From NCBI GenBank assembly GCA_038747425.1, contig JBCDJV010000007.1, positions 9,164 to 73,163 of the forward strand: 64,000 bases of DNA, written 5' to 3'. Both the position numbers and the translations under genes were made by a program. The notes below the pieces were generated by a model. It was not told where the DNA came from. It searched no databases and saw only the letters and a program-made list of their open reading frames with translations. Source of the stretch: Bacteroidota bacterium (lineage in GTDB: Bacteria > Bacteroidota > Rhodothermia > Rhodothermales > JBCDJV01). This document shows positions 1 through 7,993 of the stretch, in pieces (within the stretch, counting starts at the first letter, position 1; every line of letters starts with the position of its first letter).

Positions 1-593
1 AAAGCATGATGCCACGGGAGCACCGAAAGCAACCGGGCCTGCTCGTCTAGCGCCAGCGCGGGCTCGTGGCTGTGCAGCACCGACATCACGTTGGCGTCGG
101 ACAGGGCCACCCACCGGGGGGCCTTCGTCGTGCCCGAGGTGTGGAGCAGGAACCGGACGTCTGGCTCCGGCGCGTGCTGCATGGTCCGTACGGCGATCGG
201 CTCGGTGCGGGGCCCCGCGCTGCCTTCCGGCACCACCGTGTGCGCGCCCGCACTCAAGGCGATGGCGCACCGGGCATCCACGAGGGTCAGGACGTCCTCG
301 GCGTCAGCCCGTGGGCTGGCCAGCGCCACCGTCAAGCCTTCCCAGAGCGAAGCCAGGAGGACCTGCAAAAACGCCGCTGACGGCGGCAGGGCCACGACCA
401 CCCGATCTCCAGGCTGCAGCCCCATAGCCCGGAACGCCTGGGTCCACCGCCGCATGCCGGTCCACACCGAGGCGGCCGGGATGATCCCATCGGCAAACAG
501 GGACAGCGGATGGGGCTGCCCGTTGAACCGGGGATAGATCCAGGCGCGCCAGGCGTCGCGCGGGTGAGCGGGTGAAGACACAGGCGAAGTCAT
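1..593 (-). CDS. AMP-dependent acyl-CoA ligase, N-terminal part (gene runs off the left window edge); candidate p-coumarate:CoA ligase (pcl-like) for the PYP chromophore
   Basis: Absent from the ORF track because the window edge truncates it. My own minus-strand translation from the ATG at 593 reads MTSPVSSPAHPRDAWRAWIYPRFNGQPHPLSLFADGIIPAASVWTGMRRWTQAFRAMGLQPGDR...DVRFLLHTSGTTKAPRWVALSDANVMSVLHSHE with no in-frame stop. LLHTSGTTKAPR matches the AMP-binding (T/S)SG(T/S)TGxPK motif of adenylate-forming enzymes. It lies about 200 nt downstream of pyp on the same strand. The pcl role is inferred from that adjacency. Confidence 0.75.
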   Translation of the reverse strand, partial: MTSPVSSPAHPRDAWRAWIYPRFNGQPHPLSLFADGIIPAASVWTGMRRWTQAFRAMGLQPGDRVVVALPPSAAFLQVLLASLWEGLTVALASPRADAEDVLTLVDARCAIALSAGAHTVVPEGSAGPRTEPIAVRTMQHAPEPDVRFLLHTSGTTKAPRWVALSDANVMSVLHSHEPALALDEQARLLSVLPWHHA

Positions 594-796
594 AGGGCGT
601 GGCACAGGGAAAAGCAGCACAGACGCTACCCGCCTGTTCAGAGGCCGGTAGCGTCTGTGGAAGAAGACCGGGGCTTGGCGTAGCCCCGTGCGAATCAGAG
701 CAGGTAGCCACCGAGGCGGCCTGACCGCAGGGAGACGCAGCGAGCCCGTGGACGCACGATGAGCGTGCGGGCTCAAGATGCTCCACGGTGCCTCAT

Positions 797-1165
797 CTAC
801 GCCTTCTTGACGAGCACGTAGTTGGACTGCGTGGCCGGGTCCCGGTACAGGTGCACCTGTACGTTGGTCGGCTTCATCTTGTAGGTGAAGGTGTAGCGGA
901 ACTGGTCGTTCATCGAACCACCGCTCACCCCGTTCTTGAAGCGACCCAGGAAGAGGCGGTTGTTCGTGCACGGAGCCACGTCCGTGAAGAAGTTCTTGCC
1001 GACACACTCGGCCGGGGAAAAGCCCGACATGTTGGACTCGTAGTGGTTGTAGAACTGAACAACCCCGTTGTCGTCAACTTTGACGACGCCAAAGTCCAAG
1101 GTATTCAGCTGCATTTCGGGCATGCGGCTCAGCCCTTCAAGCGTTCCAGGGGGTACGAAGCTCAT
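797..1165 (-). CDS. pyp: photoactive yellow protein (PYP), PAS-fold blue-light photoreceptor
   Basis: The 122-aa ORF aligns along its length with Halorhodospira PYP as I recall it. GKNFFTDVAPCTNN corresponds to GKNFFKDVAPCTDS and contains the chromophore Cys69. YTFTYKMKPTNVQVHL corresponds to YTFDYQMTPTKVKVHM. The Tyr42 and Glu46 equivalents are present (FYNHYES). Confidence 0.93.
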   Translation of the reverse strand: MSFVPPGTLEGLSRMPEMQLNTLDFGVVKVDDNGVVQFYNHYESNMSGFSPAECVGKNFFTDVAPCTNNRLFLGRFKNGVSGGSMNDQFRYTFTYKMKPTNVQVHLYRDPATQSNYVLVKKA

Positions 1166-1261
1166 GATGATCTCCTTATGGGTTGGTTACTGGTTTAAGA
1201 GGTTGTGCGGAGCGTCCGCAGGTGATTGGCGGTCTGTAGGGTAAGGACAGAGCAGGGCGTG

Positions 1262-3046
1262 CTAGGCACGGCTGTAGAGGTCGCGGAGTTGAAGCTCCAT
1301 GTTTTGCATCATCTCGACGGCATCGTCGACGGTCACGGCGCCGACCGTGGCCAGCCGTTCGCGTTCCGCGTAGACACTCACCAATTGTTGTTCCATATTC
1401 TTCAGCAGGGCGATGGCATCGTCCGCTCCGGGGATGCCGTGGTCGGCCAGCTTGCGCTGTTCGGCGCGCAGCGTGCCCAGCTCCACCTCCATGCTGAACA
1501 CCTTCTCCAGCATCTCGGCGTTGGGGAGGGCCCCATCTCCGTGCGGCTGATCGAACTGGCGCTCGCGGTACAGGTCAACGAGCTGGGCTTCCATGCCTTG
1601 GATCATGTCCACCGCCTCGCCGGGCGTAGCCACACCGACCTGCTGGAGATGGCTGAGCTGCTCGTACAAGTCAACCAGCTGCTCCTCCATGTTCTTGAGT
1701 TGATCGGCGGCGGCCTGGACCGAGCTGAGTCCAAGGGTGCCCAGGTTTCCAACGTCTTCGTAGAGGGCCACGAGCTGCTGCTCCATGCTCTCGATCTGCA
1801 GTACCGCATCGGCTGGGGAGGCCAGGCCGCGTTCCATCAGGGGCTTCTGCTCCTCGTAGAGCGCGATGAGCTGCTCCTCCATGCTGTCGAGCTGGGCGGC
1901 CACCTCTTCGGGGTTGGACAGGCCGCGCACCGCTAGGGCCGTTTGGTCTTCGTAGAGCGCGATGAGCTGCTGCTCCATGCTCTGAATCTGGTCGGCCAGG
2001 ACCTCGGCCCCCGGAAGTCCTTGCTCGGTGATGGACTGTTGTTCCTGGTACAGGGTCACGAGCTGCTGCTCCATGCTCTCGAGCTGTGCAGCGGCTTCAC
2101 TCATGGACGTGAGCCCGCGGCCCGTCAGCGCTTGCTTCTCCTCATACAGGTCGGCCAGTTGGGCCTCCAAGCTTTGTAGCTGCTCCAAGGCCTCTTCGGC
2201 CGAGAACAGCCCGCGCGTTGAGAGCAGGGCCTGCTGGGCGTACAGGTCGGACAGTTGGGCCTCCATGCTCTCCATGGCCAGCGCCTGCTCGTTGCCGGAG
2301 CTCTGCTGCTGCTGGTACAGTTCGATGAGCTGGCCTTCCATGCTGCTGACCATCTCCACGGCTTCAGCTACGGTGGCCACTCCCACCGTTCGCAGCTGCT
2401 GCTGCTGCGCGTACAAGTCGGCCAGCTGCTCGGCCATGCTGTCTACCTGCGCTTGTAGTGCGGCCGCCCGGTCGGCATCGGAAGCTCCTTCACTACGCTC
2501 CTGGTAGAGGGCCACGAGCTGCTGCTCCATGTTGGCCAGCGAGGTGTCCAGGTTTCGGATGTGCTCAATGGCATCCTCAAACGAAGCCAGCCCGTACGTG
2601 GTCAGCTTTCCTTGCTGCTCGTACAGGTCCTTCAGCTGCTCCTCCATGTTGGTGAGCGCGTCCTGAAGGGCCGCCTCGGAGCCCGGGTTCGATGAACGCT
2701 CCTCGAGGCGAGTTATCCGGTCACCGAGTCCTTCGAGCGACCGCTGGAGCGTGCGGAGTGCTCCTTCGATGGTCGACAGCGAATCCTGCAGATCTGCCCG
2801 CGTCAGTGCGGGCGTGGGGTGCGCTTGAGCATAATCCGTCATGTCCCTTGATGGCGAAGCGGGTTGCTGTAGCTGAGCCTCTAAGTCACGCACCCTCTTG
2901 ATGATGGAGGATGCCGAGGCAACCCCCAGTTCTCGAGCCAGCAACTGCCGCTCGCGCTCGACGGCGCGAAGAATCTGCTGGACGCGGCCGGCCTCGTTGG
3001 GCGTGCCGAATTCCGTCTCAGAGGTCGTGACTGGCTGAGTCTGCAT
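1262..3046 (-). CDS. 594-aa repeat protein with about 15 tandem copies of a ~32-residue helical repeat (G[LV]xSxxEAxxQLxSMEQQLxxLYxxQ); function unknown
   Basis: Long ORF with GC-rich third codon positions. The motif [SN]ME[EQ]QLxxLY recurs 15 times, mostly at exactly 32-residue spacing. It is acidic and Q/E/L-rich with predicted helical character. It lies directly upstream of pyp on the same strand. Confidence 0.85.
   Translation of the reverse strand: MQTQPVTTSETEFGTPNEAGRVQQILRAVERERQLLARELGVASASSIIKRVRDLEAQLQQPASPSRDMTDYAQAHPTPALTRADLQDSLSTIEGALRTLQRSLEGLGDRITRLEERSSNPGSEAALQDALTNMEEQLKDLYEQQGKLTTYGLASFEDAIEHIRNLDTSLANMEQQLVALYQERSEGASDADRAAALQAQVDSMAEQLADLYAQQQQLRTVGVATVAEAVEMVSSMEGQLIELYQQQQSSGNEQALAMESMEAQLSDLYAQQALLSTRGLFSAEEALEQLQSLEAQLADLYEEKQALTGRGLTSMSEAAAQLESMEQQLVTLYQEQQSITEQGLPGAEVLADQIQSMEQQLIALYEDQTALAVRGLSNPEEVAAQLDSMEEQLIALYEEQKPLMERGLASPADAVLQIESMEQQLVALYEDVGNLGTLGLSSVQAAADQLKNMEEQLVDLYEQLSHLQQVGVATPGEAVDMIQGMEAQLVDLYRERQFDQPHGDGALPNAEMLEKVFSMEVELGTLRAEQRKLADHGIPGADDAIALLKNMEQQLVSVYAERERLATVGAVTVDDAVEMMQNMELQLRDLYSRA
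1265..2660. repeat. tandem 96-bp-period coding repeat array inside the 594-aa ORF
   Basis: On the plus strand the string CCATGC(T) within GAGCTGCTGCTCCATGCTCTC-like units starts at 1783, 1879, 1975 and 2071, which is exactly 96 bp apart. The same unit continues with divergence across the array. Confidence 0.85.
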
Positions 3047-3520
3047 GTATGGCTATCTGCTACGCAACGATGTGTGGTAGAGCGCTCGGCGGTGTCTCGA
3101 GGAGCCCTGAGGCCCCGGTATTCCTTTCCGCTCGCTGCATCTGTTTCCGGTAGTATTTTCCTGCTCGGTGTCGCTCTGGGAAGGGAGGGCGGCGGCCACG
3201 TGCCTCGTGTGCACTCGGCGCCTTCATCCCCTCTGATCGTTGTCCGTTGGGCCAAGTAGCCCCGCTCTCCTCACTTGAAGGGTGTAGCGGAGTGCCCAGC
3301 GCGTGCGGACAGCCCATACCCTACAAAGAATCATGCCAAACTGAGGGCCATGTATATAGGCCCAGCCCGCTCACCTACCGCCCCCTCCTATCACGACGAG
3401 GAAACGTCGACATACATTCTGCTCCTTTTTTTCCGTTGGCACTGTTTCGGCTTGGAATTTGCCTTGCGCTGAGCAACCTACCGTTGAATCGATCACCGCG
3501 ACACATAACGCAACCTTTAA

Positions 3521-3527
3521 AAGGAGG
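3521..3527 (+). promoter_or_regulatory. Shine-Dalgarno-like AAGGAGG upstream of the ATG at 3537
   Basis: The sequence aaaAGGAGGatatctcccATG places the motif 9 nt from the ATG. Confidence 0.4.
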
Positions 3528-3536
3528 ATATCTCCC

Positions 3537-3938
3537 ATGCTACAGCAACTTGAAGACGCCCTGGTCAACGGGGACCTCGACGACCGGTGGACTAGCTCCC
3601 TGGAGACCTGGGACACGACCCCTGTGGAGCGCGCCCAGGCGCTGGCGCTGGTGGCGCAGCTACGCGACCAGTTCATCGAAGCGGCCCGCGACATTGAGGA
3701 CGAGGATGAGCTGCCCACCACGGCGGCGTTGGAGTACATCCAGCTGAAGTCCCGGTGGTACCGTCTCAACACCCAGATGAACTACCAGCTGTTCAAACAG
3801 GGTGAAGCGTCTCCGGACGTCCAGTACCAGGGCACGCTGGTGAGCCAGCTCCTGGCAGAGATCGAGCCGTTCATCGATCCCCAGGATGTGAGCCGGATCA
3901 CGCAATTCCTGACGGATCCGATCATCGTGCCTGTCTGA
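3537..3938 (+). CDS. hypothetical acidic protein (133 aa), divergent from the repeat-protein/pyp unit and upstream of gvpA
   Basis: Internal ATG of track ORF 3459..3938, preceded by AAGGAGG. The sequence begins MLQQLEDALVNGDLDDRWTSSLETWD. I recognise no family. Confidence 0.55.
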   Translation: MLQQLEDALVNGDLDDRWTSSLETWDTTPVERAQALALVAQLRDQFIEAARDIEDEDELPTTAALEYIQLKSRWYRLNTQMNYQLFKQGEASPDVQYQGTLVSQLLAEIEPFIDPQDVSRITQFLTDPIIVPV

Positions 3939-4861
3939 GTTTGGTGCCGCGCCCTGACTGAGGGGTGATGCACACCGCTGGGTATCCCCGTTCGGACTCG
4001 GCCTTCAGCACAGCCAAGGCTGTCCTGTTTGGCCGGGCCATGCCACGGGGCGCATCGACCGCTCATGACGAGCTGGGCCCAACGACGGGGACCCTCTGGC
4101 GTGCTAGCCCGCCGGGCGACGGAGACGAGCGCTCTGCTCAGCCCGTCCCGGTTGACACCTAGCCCTGCTACGCTCCGAGACCCTCGCGCCATGCAGGCGA
4201 GGTGGCGGCTTGGCCGTAGCTGCGGCGCACGCCACCCGACAGACTCGGCCTCTCCTGACTTCGACCGGAGTCAGCCTCCTTTTGAAGGATCCTACCCCAA
4301 GCGGGGCCCGGCGCTCTCCATGCGTCCGGGCCCCGCACTGCGTTGGAGCTTGGCCCGCGAACGCATTCGTCCGTCGCCGCTCTGCTCCGGTGATCAGAGG
4401 TGGCCTCTAGCGCCGGACCTGGGCGCATGGAGCAGACGGAGGCGGCACGCTGCTGGGCGGCTCAGCGGCCCCCGACCGACCACCCCGCACCCCCCCATGG
4501 GGCCGACTTGTGCCGGGCGTTACCGCATCCCTCTCAGGGCCCCAGCGTCCGTGGGCCCATGCGGCAAACCTGGGCGCCTCTCCGGAAACTATTGCCCTCC
4601 ACGGACAACCTCTCCGCCCCTTCAGCCAGGCCCTCAGCGCAGCGTCTGCTTAAGAAAGGTCCAGTCATAGCCGATATAGGAGGCGAGCATGCATCTGTAG
4701 GTGCCTTCTAGCACGTCCCGACCACTCGTTCTGACACCGTCAAGGGCCTCGTGTAGGTTGGCATCATCATTGAATATGCTTGCGTAACGCCCCCAATGGC
4801 ATCGCGCCCACACTGGGTGTTTATCTGTTCAACCTGTTTACCTATCACAGAGAGGGTCATC

Positions 4862-5065
4862 ATGGCTATCGAAAAGTCAGTCGCTTCCAGCAGCCTTGCT
4901 GAGGTCGTCGACCGCATCCTGGACAAAGGCATCGTGGTCGATGCCTACGCTCGCGTCTCCCTCGTGGGGATCGAGCTCATCGCCATCGAGGCGCGTGTCG
5001 TCGTCTCGGGCGTCGAGACGTACCTCAAGTACGCTGAGGCCATCGGCCTGACGGCCACGGCCTAA
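4862..5065 (+). CDS. gvpA: gas vesicle structural protein GvpA
   Basis: [63 protein letters not shown] is a canonical 67-aa GvpA. The ATG at 4862 lies inside track ORF 4796..5065. Confidence 0.97.
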   Translation: MAIEKSVASSSLAEVVDRILDKGIVVDAYARVSLVGIELIAIEARVVVSGVETYLKYAEAIGLTATA

Positions 5066-5094
5066 GGCCTCGCGCCTACGCCATGGCGGAGGGA

Positions 5095-5124
5095 AGGCGC
5101 CCCGACTATCCGGTCGGGGCGCCT
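5095..5124 (+). terminator. perfect 12-bp GC-rich stem-loop 30 nt after the gvpA stop; possible attenuator/partial terminator or mRNA-stabilising hairpin
   Basis: AGGCGCCCCGAC (5095-5106), loop TATCCG, GTCGGGGCGCCT (5113-5124), an exact reverse complement. No U-tract follows, so it is not a classical intrinsic terminator. Confidence 0.45.
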
Positions 5125-5173
5125 CCACCCCCCGCGTCGGCGGTTGCCGCTCACTTTTGTCCTTTCCGGTCCT

Positions 5174-5740
5174 ATGTCACGTCCTTCTACTTCCTATCGC
5201 GAAGCCCTGCGTGCCGATGTAGCACGTCTGCTTGAGGACGTGGCCACGACTCGTAAGGCCCAGGCTGAGGCGCTACGCGCAGAGCGTACCGCGTTCACCG
5301 AAGCCCTGCGCACCTCGGTGTCCAGCGACCTGTCCTCCGAGCGCAGCCGCGTCAAAGACGAGGTCCAGTCGCTCCTGGAGGACATCCGAGCCGAACATGC
5401 GACCCGCCGGGACACCCTGCGCACCGCTCTGCGCACCTTCCGTACGGCGCTCCGCAACGAGCGCGGCAGCGCGTCGGCCTCGGCGCTGGAAGTGGCCTCG
5501 GAGATCGGACAGGCCGCGCCTGCTCCGGCCCCGCCGAGTCCGCCCGTCGAGGAAAACCTGCTTCGCATCAAAGGGATCGGGCCCAACACCCTGGAGCGCC
5601 TGCGTCAAGCGGGCATCCACTCCTTTGCTGACCTGGCGGCCAGCACCCCAGCCGACCTTCATCAGGCGCTAGGCGGCTACGCCAAGCTGATCAACGTGGA
5701 GGAGTGGCTCTCCGAAGCCCGCAGATACGCCCAATCCTAG
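5174..5740 (+). CDS. hypothetical protein with an internally duplicated helical N-terminal region and a C-terminal helix-hairpin-helix motif; sits in the position often held by gvpC
   Basis: ATG at 5174 within track ORF 5144..5740. It contains repeated EALRA/EALRT/TALRT motifs. DVARLLEDV...EALRT parallels EVQSLLEDI...TALRN about 47 residues later. The C-terminus LLRIKGIGPNTLERLRQAGIHSFADLA is a typical HhH (GIGP) motif. Confidence 0.7.
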   Translation: MSRPSTSYREALRADVARLLEDVATTRKAQAEALRAERTAFTEALRTSVSSDLSSERSRVKDEVQSLLEDIRAEHATRRDTLRTALRTFRTALRNERGSASASALEVASEIGQAAPAPAPPSPPVEENLLRIKGIGPNTLERLRQAGIHSFADLAASTPADLHQALGGYAKLINVEEWLSEARRYAQS

Positions 5741-5870
5741 GTCCCTCTGCCGATTCAGTCCGGCCGAAAAACAGCGTGATGACCCTCTCTCTTTTTTTGG
5801 CCCCCTGTATCTGCTAGACGAACCGCTAGCCTTCACTCCGCTCTTCCCGCTACGCACCCCGCTCGCCTCT

Positions 5871-6581
5871 ATGCACCTTGGTCAACGCAAGATTCGCTCG
5901 GCTGGCCGCTCCAGCGGCAGCATCGAGATCACCCTGCCCGTGCCTCTACAGGCCCTGGAGGGGGTGCCTTGTCGGATCAACCTACGGGACGGCGTCCGGC
6001 CGGAGGTGGTCCTCCAACCGGACCTCTCTGAGGCTCAGACCCTGTTCCAGACGCTCTGGTCGCACCTCCGCACGGGGCTGCGCTCCGTAGACGACATCGG
6101 CGACTTCGCGCTGAGCCAGTTCACGGTGGCCCTGCTGCCGGTGCGCTTCTGGCAGGAACGGCCGCCCCTCTTCTACACGGACGCCTTGCTGACCCTGCAT
6201 GGCACCGGCGATGAGCGCGCCGACGCCCTCACGCGCCTGTTGGCCGGTCTCGGCGTAGGGGCCGCTCAGGCCCTTGGCTTCAGCGGAGCCCTCGGCCTAG
6301 GCCTGGGCGATGCCCTGAGCTTCGTGGCCACAGGCCGCTCCGCCGGATGGGGCGCTGAGTTCGAACGCGGGTTGGCGCACCGTTTGTACTGGGGTGAGAC
6401 CGCACCCGCCTACACGCCCCTGGACGAGGCCTTCTGGCAGGAGGCGGCTCCGCGCCTGGTCCACCTGACCGACGTGTTCTGGTCCTGGCACACCGACCCC
6501 GATCGCTACGACACCGACCGTGAACGCTGGTACCGCGCCCTGACCGCCGAGATGCGCTACGCGCCCCTGCCGATTTCCTAA
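5871..6581 (+). CDS. hypothetical protein (236 aa), possible N-terminal AbrB/SpoVT-like swapped-hairpin domain
   Basis: The ORF lies in the operon orientation between gvpA and gvpN. The N-terminus RKIRSAGRSSGSIEITLPVPLQALEGVPCRINLRDGVRPEVVLQP resembles the AbrB/MazE pattern; this is a weak judgement by eye. Confidence 0.55.
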   Translation: MHLGQRKIRSAGRSSGSIEITLPVPLQALEGVPCRINLRDGVRPEVVLQPDLSEAQTLFQTLWSHLRTGLRSVDDIGDFALSQFTVALLPVRFWQERPPLFYTDALLTLHGTGDERADALTRLLAGLGVGAAQALGFSGALGLGLGDALSFVATGRSAGWGAEFERGLAHRLYWGETAPAYTPLDEAFWQEAAPRLVHLTDVFWSWHTDPDRYDTDRERWYRALTAEMRYAPLPIS

Positions 6582-6629
6582 CCCACGCGCCGCCTCTCGC
6601 GATGCCTTCAATCCCGCTGCCGTAACCCT

Positions 6630-7604
6630 ATGGATGTGCTAGACCCCGAAGCCCCCACTGCCGTGGCCGCCGCCGCCCCCGGCGCCATCCACGTCCAGCC
6701 GCGTCCCGACTTCGTCGAGACCCCGGCCGTGCAGGCGCTCACCGAGCGGTCCCTGACCTACCTGTGGGCGGGCTTTCCCATTCATTTTCGCGGACCCGCC
6801 GGGACCGGCAAGACCACGCTGGCTCTCCACGTGGCCGCACACATCGGCCGGCCCGTCATGTTCATGACAGGCGACGAAGAGCTGTCCTCGGCGGACCTCA
6901 TCGGGTCGGAGAGCGGGTACCGCTTCAAGCGGGTCGTGGACCGGTTCATCCACACCGTCACCAAGTACGAAGAAGATGCGACCCAGCGCTGGGTGGACCA
7001 ACGCCTCACCATTGCTTGTCGCCAAGGCTACACGCTCGTCTACGACGAGTTCACCCGCTCTCGGCCTGAGGCCAACAACCCGCTGCTGACGGTCCTGGAG
7101 GAACGCGTGCTGATCCTCCCCAAGACGAACCGGGAGGAGGCCTACATTCGGGTCCATCCTGAATTCCGGGCCATCTTTACCAGCAACCCGGAGGAATATG
7201 CCGGGGTGCACCGCTCCCAGGATGCCCTGTGCGACCGGATGGTGACCATCGACCTCGACTTCAGCGACCCGGACACCGAACGCTCGATCACCGTCTCGCG
7301 CTCGGGCATTACCGCCGATCGGGCCGAGCGCATCGTGCAGCTCGTGCGCGCCTTCCGAGACCAAGGCACCCCGATGCAACTGCCCACCCTGCGGGCCTGC
7401 ATCATGATCGCCCGGGTGGCCCACATGCAACAGATCGAGCCCGCCAGCACCGATGAGCGCTTCGTCCAGCTGTGCTACGACGTGCTGGCCTCCAAGACGA
7501 CCTCCACCATGGTCTCCGTCCCGGAGCGCCAGAAGGTCTACGACCAACTCCATCGCCTCATCCATCTACACTGCGACGCCCAGACGGCGCCCTCTAGCCT
7601 ATGA
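6630..7604 (+). CDS. gvpN: gas vesicle AAA+ ATPase GvpN
   Basis: Walker A FRGPAGTGKTTLALHVA and Walker B-like TLVYDEFTRSRPE. The length (324 aa) and overall pattern fit GvpN (AAA_5 type). It lies within the gvp cluster. Confidence 0.9.
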   Translation: MDVLDPEAPTAVAAAAPGAIHVQPRPDFVETPAVQALTERSLTYLWAGFPIHFRGPAGTGKTTLALHVAAHIGRPVMFMTGDEELSSADLIGSESGYRFKRVVDRFIHTVTKYEEDATQRWVDQRLTIACRQGYTLVYDEFTRSRPEANNPLLTVLEERVLILPKTNREEAYIRVHPEFRAIFTSNPEEYAGVHRSQDALCDRMVTIDLDFSDPDTERSITVSRSGITADRAERIVQLVRAFRDQGTPMQLPTLRACIMIARVAHMQQIEPASTDERFVQLCYDVLASKTTSTMVSVPERQKVYDQLHRLIHLHCDAQTAPSSL

Positions 7605-7960
7605 AACGTCCCCGTCCCCGCGGCATGCGCGACATCCGCACGGCGCAGAACCTGCTGAACCGATCCAAGCCTAGCGGCCGTGCGCAAGCCGTCACGCAAC
7701 TGGCCCGCCTCGAGCACGAGCGCATGCGCCTCGAACGCGAGATGAAGCTCTGGGCCCAGAAATACACCCAGACCAAGAACCGGCTGCACGGCGTCCTCAA
7801 ACAGCTGTCCGACCTGGAAAACCTGTCGGACGAGCTGGCCGCCCGCGAGGGCCTCACCCCGACCAACAAACAGCTGCGCAAGCTCGCCCAGAGCGGCCTG
7901 CCGTCACGCAAGCGGGCCAGCCACGATCCGTCCCCGGCCGACTTCACGTTCGAATACTAA
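7601..7960 (+). CDS. basic coiled-coil protein (119 aa), translationally coupled to gvpN; possibly GvpV-like
   Basis: Its start ATG overlaps the gvpN stop (ATGA at 7601-7604). The segment ARLEHERMRLEREMKLWAQKYTQTKNRLHGVLKQLSDLENL is heptad-like. The GvpV assignment rests only on my memory of a similar coiled-coil pattern. Confidence 0.6.
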   Translation: MKRPRPRGMRDIRTAQNLLNRSKPSGRAQAVTQLARLEHERMRLEREMKLWAQKYTQTKNRLHGVLKQLSDLENLSDELAAREGLTPTNKQLRKLAQSGLPSRKRASHDPSPADFTFEY

Positions 7961-7993
7961 CCCGGCGCTCCCGCGCCGCTACCCCGCACATCC

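Noticed and set aside
304-786. A 160-aa minus-strand ORF in the track overlaps the ligase region.
   Set aside because: It is in a different frame from the ORF that carries the clear AMP-binding motif. Its composition is Ala/Gly/Pro/Arg-rich with no motif, so it is a GC-driven artefact.
1226-2507. Plus-strand ORFs (1226-1936, 1943-2179, 2028-2507, 2255-2458) lie opposite the repeat-protein gene.
   Set aside because: They are antisense shadow ORFs of a Leu/Gln/Glu-rich repeat gene. Their translations (LLLH..LLLHAL) are mirror images of the minus-strand repeats and carry no independent signal.
1265-2660. The regular 96-bp periodicity could superficially suggest a CRISPR-like or satellite array.
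   Set aside because: The periodicity is entirely inside a long intact ORF and translates into a 32-residue protein repeat. It has no repeat/spacer structure and no cas genes.
4029-4670. A 213-aa plus-strand ORF lies in the gap upstream of gvpA.
   Set aside because: It is Arg/Pro/Ser/Gly-rich with no hydrophobic core pattern or motif, and other equally poor ORFs overlap it. I treat the region as non-coding (see the finding on it).
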